From Myxococcota bacterium (GTDB lineage: Bacteria; Myxococcota_A; SURF-8): DNA of 64,000 bases. A program made the position numbers and the translations under genes. The DNA is taken from NCBI GenBank assembly GCA_963674735.2, contig CAXXQS010000002.1, forward strand, positions 1,536,001 through 1,600,000, in the 5' to 3' direction. Under the pieces are notes generated by a model, which saw nothing but the letters and a program-made list of their open reading frames with translations, had not been told where the DNA came from and made no database searches. This document shows, in pieces, positions 58,656-64,000 of the stretch. The number at the start of each line of letters is the position of its first letter. Within the stretch, counting starts at the first letter, position 1.

Positions 58656-60107
58656 ATGCAGGGACATAAAACGTCAGCTTATCTGAGATTCTGGGCTTTG
58701 GTCTGTTTGTTTCTCATGGCCGCGCCGGCTGCCTGGGCACAACAGCAGACGGCAATGGAAGCGCAGGAAGTTTCGGCCGAACGTGAACGTGGGTTCAAGG
58801 TGGGTAAGCTGCGGCTGCATCCAGGCTTGAGCTTGCAAAACGTGTTCGACAGTAACGTTTCGAACGCTTCCGACCGCTACGACAATGCCGACTATCTGGC
58901 TCGCTATTTTCCTAGCGGGCGCGGGAATAACGGCCCACAGAGCAACTACGATGACGTGTTGCATATCGTGGGTGCCTTCAAGCTCGATTACCCGGACGAC
59001 ACCGTGGCGGTGACGCTGGATACTCAGCTCGGCTACGTGCGGTACTTCGGCATCGACAACAGTGACACCAGCAATCTTTCCAGCCTTTCAGCCTCGGGGC
59101 GCTTGACGGCCGATTTCTTCCGTGCTTCGGTGGTGGGTTTCACTCTTTCCGACACTTTCACCCGTTCCACCGACGTGCAGCAGGTGGGTTTGGCCGTGAC
59201 CAACGACCGGATTCACAACCGTGGACAAGCGCGCCTCAACATCCGTCCCGGCGGCGGGCAACTGCGCTTTTTCGTGGGTTACATCAACGATCTCGAAATA
59301 TACGACGATGATGCCCAGGCCAATCAGAACTGGCTGGAGCATACTTTCAACGCCGATTGGGAGCTTGAGTTCCTGCCCGAGACGGCGGTGTTCATGCGCA
59401 ACTCTTTTTCCATGCGCGATTATTACGACTTCGATGCCAACCGCGACGAAGATACCACGAATTCGGACTCGCCCGATGCCATGAGTCTGCGTATCACGGC
59501 CGGTATTTACGGTCGCATCGCGTCCTTTTTCCTGCTTAACCTCGCGGTCGGTTACGGCCGTTCCTTCTCGGATAATTTCGACGATTTCAACAGCGCGGTG
59601 GCCAAGGTCGAAGCGATTTTCCAGTTGGTCAGCCGAACCCAGTTCAAGGCCGGTTACGAACGCAGCTTCTCGCCGGTAACCACGTTTTCGTACCTAAACG
59701 AAGACAAATTGTACTTGGAGTTCCGTCAGTGGCTGTTCTCCGATGCCTTCAAGTTGTACCTGTACGGTGCGTATTCGTTCCTGAACTACGGCGGCACCGA
59801 TGCCGGAGTCGATGTGGACGATAACGCGGCCAACGTCTACTCGCTGGTCGACTTTCAGGCCGATGCCGGACTCGGCAAGCGTTCCGATCGTATGTTGTCG
59901 ACAACCGCCAGCCTGCGCTACGATTTCCTCGTCTGGCTGTGGATGGAACTTGGCTACAAGTTTACCTGGCGTGACACCGACTACTTCATCGAACGTATCA
60001 ATTCGGAGTTCGATCGCAACACGGATCCGAATCAGTTCTATGTCAGCGCGACCTATTACGATTTCATCAAGCACGAAGGATTTCTGAAGCTGACTTTCGC
60101 CTATTAG
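58656..60107 (+). CDS. Outer-membrane beta-barrel partner of short OPX (ExoB/EpsX/Wzp-like)
   Basis: Signal peptide, LHPGL....FDSNV motif, alternating aromatic strands, C-terminal LTFAY; directly upstream of the OPX gene. Confidence 0.8.
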   Translation: MQGHKTSAYLRFWALVCLFLMAAPAAWAQQQTAMEAQEVSAERERGFKVGKLRLHPGLSLQNVFDSNVSNASDRYDNADYLARYFPSGRGNNGPQSNYDDVLHIVGAFKLDYPDDTVAVTLDTQLGYVRYFGIDNSDTSNLSSLSASGRLTADFFRASVVGFTLSDTFTRSTDVQQVGLAVTNDRIHNRGQARLNIRPGGGQLRFFVGYINDLEIYDDDAQANQNWLEHTFNADWELEFLPETAVFMRNSFSMRDYYDFDANRDEDTTNSDSPDAMSLRITAGIYGRIASFFLLNLAVGYGRSFSDNFDDFNSAVAKVEAIFQLVSRTQFKAGYERSFSPVTTFSYLNEDKLYLEFRQWLFSDAFKLYLYGAYSFLNYGGTDAGVDVDDNAANVYSLVDFQADAGLGKRSDRMLSTTASLRYDFLVWLWMELGYKFTWRDTDYFIERINSEFDRNTDPNQFYVSATYYDFIKHEGFLKLTFAY

Positions 60108-60194
60108 CGCAGGATCGTCGGTATGACCTCCTTTCCGACCGCCCACCCGATCGTCATTCGGGAACGGACTGTGCCAATCCATTCAGGATGCCGT

Positions 60195-60824
60195 ATGAAC
60201 CGCTTGCCGTTACACACTGGTCTGTTGTTTGTTATGCTGGTGCTGATTCCGCTGATGGCCTCTTGCGTCTATGGCAAGAAAGCCCACACCCCGGCGCAGG
60301 GTCTGGCTGCCACTCCCCCCGATATTTTGAAGTCGGCCGCCACTTTGGGGCAGGATGACGTCTTCGAGGTGCGGGTGTTCGGCGAAAAAGAGCTGAGCAA
60401 TATCTATCGCATTTCGGATCGTGGAACCATCAGCTTTCCGCTCATCGGCGAAGTCAAGGTGGATGGCCTGACTCCCAGCCAGATCGAGGCGACCATCCAA
60501 AGCCGTCTGGAAAAAGATTTTCTGAATCAGGCTTTCGTTTCGGTTTTCGTCAAGGAATTCAATTCGAAGAAAATATTCGTGTTCGGCCAGGTTCAGAAGC
60601 CCGGCACTTTTCGCTATGAAGAAAACATGACGATCATCCAGGCCATTACGCTGGCAGGGGGATTTACCAAAACCGCCGGTAAAAACTCGGTTAGTGTCAC
60701 GCGGCTGGTCGAGCAGCAGGAACGGCGCATCGATGTCGAGATCGAACAGATTTGGAAAGGAAAAGCTCCCAACCTGGTTTTGCAGGCGGGAGATATCATT
60801 TTCATTCCCGAGACCCTGTTCTAG
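60195..60824 (+). CDS. wza: Short OPX/Wza-family polysaccharide export lipoprotein
   Basis: Lipobox MASC; LGQDDVFEVRV, GTISFPLIG, FVFGQVQKPG, AGGFT, LQAGDIIFIPE; no C-terminal OM helix. Confidence 0.88.
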   Translation: MNRLPLHTGLLFVMLVLIPLMASCVYGKKAHTPAQGLAATPPDILKSAATLGQDDVFEVRVFGEKELSNIYRISDRGTISFPLIGEVKVDGLTPSQIEATIQSRLEKDFLNQAFVSVFVKEFNSKKIFVFGQVQKPGTFRYEENMTIIQAITLAGGFTKTAGKNSVSVTRLVEQQERRIDVEIEQIWKGKAPNLVLQAGDIIFIPETLF

Positions 60825-60916
60825 CACTTATTGAAGATGCATGGGCCGGTGGTCTGTACGGGACGCGTTTTTCATGCTGACTATCTTGTCGTTGAAGCGC
60901 TATCGAGGCGCGTTAT

Positions 60917-63142
60917 GTGAGTGAGATTGTGGACCAGACAACCATCGAAACCAGCCAGAAGCCCCTTTCCGAAGCGATGAACGTGACCGATTACACCCGC
61001 GCCATTCTGAAGCGGAAATGGCTGGGGGTGCTGATCTTCATCGGGGTGGTGTTTTTCACTTTTCTGTTCACCATCCGCCAGCCTAAAATCTACGAAGCGG
61101 TCGCCACGATCGAGATCGATCTGCAAGCCGACCGGGTGCTGTCGGATGTCAGCGAAGTCTACCAGCTCGGCGATGTTTCCTATTGGGACAGCAAATCCTA
61201 CTTCGAAACCCAGTACAAGATCATCCAGTCGCACTCCGTGGCAAAACTCGTGGTGGATCGCCTGCATCTCGACCGCGATTTGGTGTTTCTCGGGCTGGAT
61301 AAGCTGGAGGACGAGGCTGAGCTGACCGAACGTCTCGCAGCCGCCGATGCGGCCCGTATCGTGCAAGATAACCTGTTTGTGGACCCGGTATACGAAAGCC
61401 GCCTGGTGCGTATCCGTTACAGCGGGACCGATCCTCTGATGGCGGCCACCATTGCCAACGCCATTGCCAATGCCTACATCGATCAGAACCTGGACCGCAA
61501 GTTGTCGTCCACCCGCAGCGCCATCAATTGGCTGACCGAGCAGATGCAGGATCTCAAGACGCGTCTGGAAGTTTCGGAACGCGCCGTGTACGAGTTCAAG
61601 CAAGAGCACGATATTCTGTCGACCAGCATGGACGAGCGCGTCAATATCATCGGCAGCCAGTTGAATTACCTCGATGCCGAGTATACCAAGGCGCGCACGG
61701 AACTGATGCATGCCGAATCGCGTTACGACTCCATCCGTCGGGCGCTGAAACAGTCGGATGCGGAAAATGTGGCGTCTGCCGACATTCTTTCCAATCCGCT
61801 GATCAAGGAACTGAAAGTCACCTACGCCAAGTTGCAGAACGATTATTCCGAGCTGCTCGAACGCTATAAAGACAAGCACCCGAAGGTGTTGCTGGTGCAG
61901 AGCAAGCTCGAAAAAACACGGTCCAATCTGCGCCGCGAGATTCGGATTATCGCCGAATCGTTGAAGGCCGAATTCCTGAGCGCTCGCAGCGCGGTGGATC
62001 AGATTGCGGCGGAATTGGAGCGGGTGAAAGGACAGATGCGCAACCTGACGGTAAAGGAACTCGAATACAACCGTCTGATGCGGGAGAAAGAAAGCAACCA
62101 GCGCGTGTTCGAGCAGGTGTTGTTGCGTCTCAAAGAGATCGATCTTTCCGGGATGCTGAAAGTCAATAATATCCGTCTGTTGGATGAGGCCAAGACCCCC
62201 GAATTCGCGATCCGGCCGCGGGTGAAGCTGAACCTGATCATCGGGATTCTGTTCGGTTTGGTGTTGAGCCTGGCCACGGTGATCATTCTCGATCTGCTCG
62301 ATAAAACCCTGAAAAGCGCGGAAGACATTCAACGTTTCCTGAAACTGCCGCTTCTGGGCATCATTCCACAGGTCAAGCCGGAGCCCGAACTGTTGGTCGG
62401 AGGACGAATGAACGCCGCCGACATGTACTCGCACCTGCGACCCAAGTCGTCCATGGCCGAATGTATCCGCACGATTCGCACCAACATCAGCTTCATGTCG
62501 CCCGGCAAGCCCATTACCAAGATTCTGGTGACCTCGGCGTCGCCCAAGGAAGGGAAGACCACCATCGCGTCCAACTTGGGGATTTCGTTGTCGAATTCCG
62601 GGTTGCGGGTCTTGGTGCTCGATACCGACATGCGTCGCCCGCGCCTGCATAAGGCCATGGGCATGCATAACGAATACGGGCTGTCGAACGTGATCATGGG
62701 GACCATGACCATCGAGGAAGCGGTTCGCGATTCGGAGGTGGAGAATCTGTTCGTGATGACCTGCGGACCTATTCCGCCGAATCCGGCGGAGCTGATCGGA
62801 TCGGATGAATTCGCGGCGGTGGTCAGCGATCTGGCGAGCCGCTACGATCGTCTGATCTTCGATTCGCCGCCGGTGATCGCCGTCACCGATGCCATGGTGC
62901 TGACCCGCCTGGTGGATGGGGTGATTCTGGTCGTGAAGTGCGGCAAGACCCTGCGCGATGTGGCGCTCCAGGCCAAGAAGCAGCTGATGGATGTCAAGGC
63001 GCGGGTTTTGGGCTCTATCATCAACGACCTGGATCTCGATAATAAGGAATACGGCAGCTATTACTATTATTATTACCACCGCTACGGCTATTACTACGGC
63101 GAAAAGGAAGAGCAAACGAAAGCCGATTCCACCCAAGCCTGA
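60917..63142 (+). CDS. wzc: Wzc-type polysaccharide co-polymerase with fused BY-kinase
   Basis: 2 TM flanking a coiled coil; Walker A SASPKEGKT, LDTDMRRP, IFDSPP; C-terminal Tyr cluster. Confidence 0.93.
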   Translation: MSEIVDQTTIETSQKPLSEAMNVTDYTRAILKRKWLGVLIFIGVVFFTFLFTIRQPKIYEAVATIEIDLQADRVLSDVSEVYQLGDVSYWDSKSYFETQYKIIQSHSVAKLVVDRLHLDRDLVFLGLDKLEDEAELTERLAAADAARIVQDNLFVDPVYESRLVRIRYSGTDPLMAATIANAIANAYIDQNLDRKLSSTRSAINWLTEQMQDLKTRLEVSERAVYEFKQEHDILSTSMDERVNIIGSQLNYLDAEYTKARTELMHAESRYDSIRRALKQSDAENVASADILSNPLIKELKVTYAKLQNDYSELLERYKDKHPKVLLVQSKLEKTRSNLRREIRIIAESLKAEFLSARSAVDQIAAELERVKGQMRNLTVKELEYNRLMREKESNQRVFEQVLLRLKEIDLSGMLKVNNIRLLDEAKTPEFAIRPRVKLNLIIGILFGLVLSLATVIILDLLDKTLKSAEDIQRFLKLPLLGIIPQVKPEPELLVGGRMNAADMYSHLRPKSSMAECIRTIRTNISFMSPGKPITKILVTSASPKEGKTTIASNLGISLSNSGLRVLVLDTDMRRPRLHKAMGMHNEYGLSNVIMGTMTIEEAVRDSEVENLFVMTCGPIPPNPAELIGSDEFAAVVSDLASRYDRLIFDSPPVIAVTDAMVLTRLVDGVILVVKCGKTLRDVALQAKKQLMDVKARVLGSIINDLDLDNKEYGSYYYYYYHRYGYYYGEKEEQTKADSTQA

Positions 63143-63337
63143 GACACACGCTTTTCTTGAAATCCGTAGACCGTCGTGAAACACGGCATGACCGGGTCTC
63201 GGGTTCGTATCCCCATTTAGTTGCAGCGGATGCCGAATATGGGTATCGTAGAACGATCCGATCCGGATTGCCGATCTATGGCTGGTGTGCGGATGCGGGT
63301 GAGGTGTGACGGTCTGACCTGTGTTGCGGGAGAAACG

Positions 63338-64000
63338 ATGGACGAGGATCGCGATCTCAATAAACCGTTGGATGATGCCTTGGATGAGCCCAGACCCGAT
63401 TCGGAATGGGCGGCGCGTCTTTCGGCCAAGGAAACGGAGAACGCCCGGCTCAAAGCCGACTTGATTCGTTTGCGCCGTGCGGCCCAAGGCCTGCGCGAGC
63501 GCCATGCCGATGTGTTGCGGCGTCTACAGGCTGCCGAAGCGGCCGGATTGCCGGTCGCGGCGACGTCGGATGAAAGCGAATCGGAGGAGGCGCTGCGAAC
63601 GCGGGTGGACGAACTTTCGGCGCGGTTGTTGGCCAAGGGTGAAGAGGTGCAGGAACTCAGACGCCGCTTGGAAAAGACGGAACAGGGCAGCGCGGACGTC
63701 ACGCTCGATTTGCGTAAGCTGGAGGAAGACGGTCACCGCTGGCGGCAGCGTGCCGTGGATGCCGAAAACGAGATCATGGCGCGCGCCGAGGCCAGCGATG
63801 CCGAGCGCGAGCAGATGCAGGGCTTGATGGATCGGTTGCGGAAGGAACGCGAGGAGGCCCGAGCCGAACGGCGTTCTGTGGAGCAGCGTTTGGCGGAACG
63901 CGACGCGAATCTGGGTGCTTTGCCCGAACGAGTTCGCGAGCTGGAAGCGCGTCTTGCGGCCAAAGAGGCCGAGGTCGAGCGCCTGCTTGCCGAGCGAATC
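63338..64000 (+). CDS. Long coiled-coil protein, partial (runs off the right edge)
   Basis: GGGAG RBS, ATG 63338; MDEDRDLNKP...; E/R/A/L-rich heptads; open to the window end. Confidence 0.75.
   Translation, partial: MDEDRDLNKPLDDALDEPRPDSEWAARLSAKETENARLKADLIRLRRAAQGLRERHADVLRRLQAAEAAGLPVAATSDESESEEALRTRVDELSARLLAKGEEVQELRRRLEKTEQGSADVTLDLRKLEEDGHRWRQRAVDAENEIMARAEASDAEREQMQGLMDRLRKEREEARAERRSVEQRLAERDANLGALPERVRELEARLAAKEAEVERLLAERI

Noticed and set aside
1-64000. CRISPR array, integron cassette array, rRNA, reverse transcriptase or integrase
   Set aside because: No regularly spaced repeats, convincing attC sites or corresponding protein motifs were seen by eye.

Overview
Bacterial DNA, most likely from a Myxococcota/deltaproteobacteria-like organism. 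This is inferred from the Agl/Glt-type motor cluster, the short OPX plus beta-barrel exporter and the Asp-Gly-repeat lipoproteins. The left ~20 kb is visibly more AT-rich and looks accessory. It carries a 3'-only tRNA-Thr(CGT) att-like fragment with flanking repeats, orphan membrane proteins, a YeeE/YedE transporter behind an acr3-like stub, IS remnants, an HD hydrolase, a PurF homologue lacking the N-terminal Cys, and a sigma54 two-component/DASS transporter/porin module. The GC-rich remainder holds an EEP lipoprotein, a ~230-nt candidate structured RNA, a radical-SAM/aminotransferase/flippase/GT-C tailoring cluster, a GH32 lipoprotein, a Spinster-MFS/KDSR-like SDR/Tat amidohydrolase operon and a peptidoglycan recycling locus with a serine-hydrolase::Mpl fusion. 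It ends with a contiguous Glt-like TPR complex plus ExbB/2xExbD motor plus GltG, directly followed by beta-barrel/OPX/Wzc polysaccharide export genes. All calls come from reading motifs by eye; no database searches were run.
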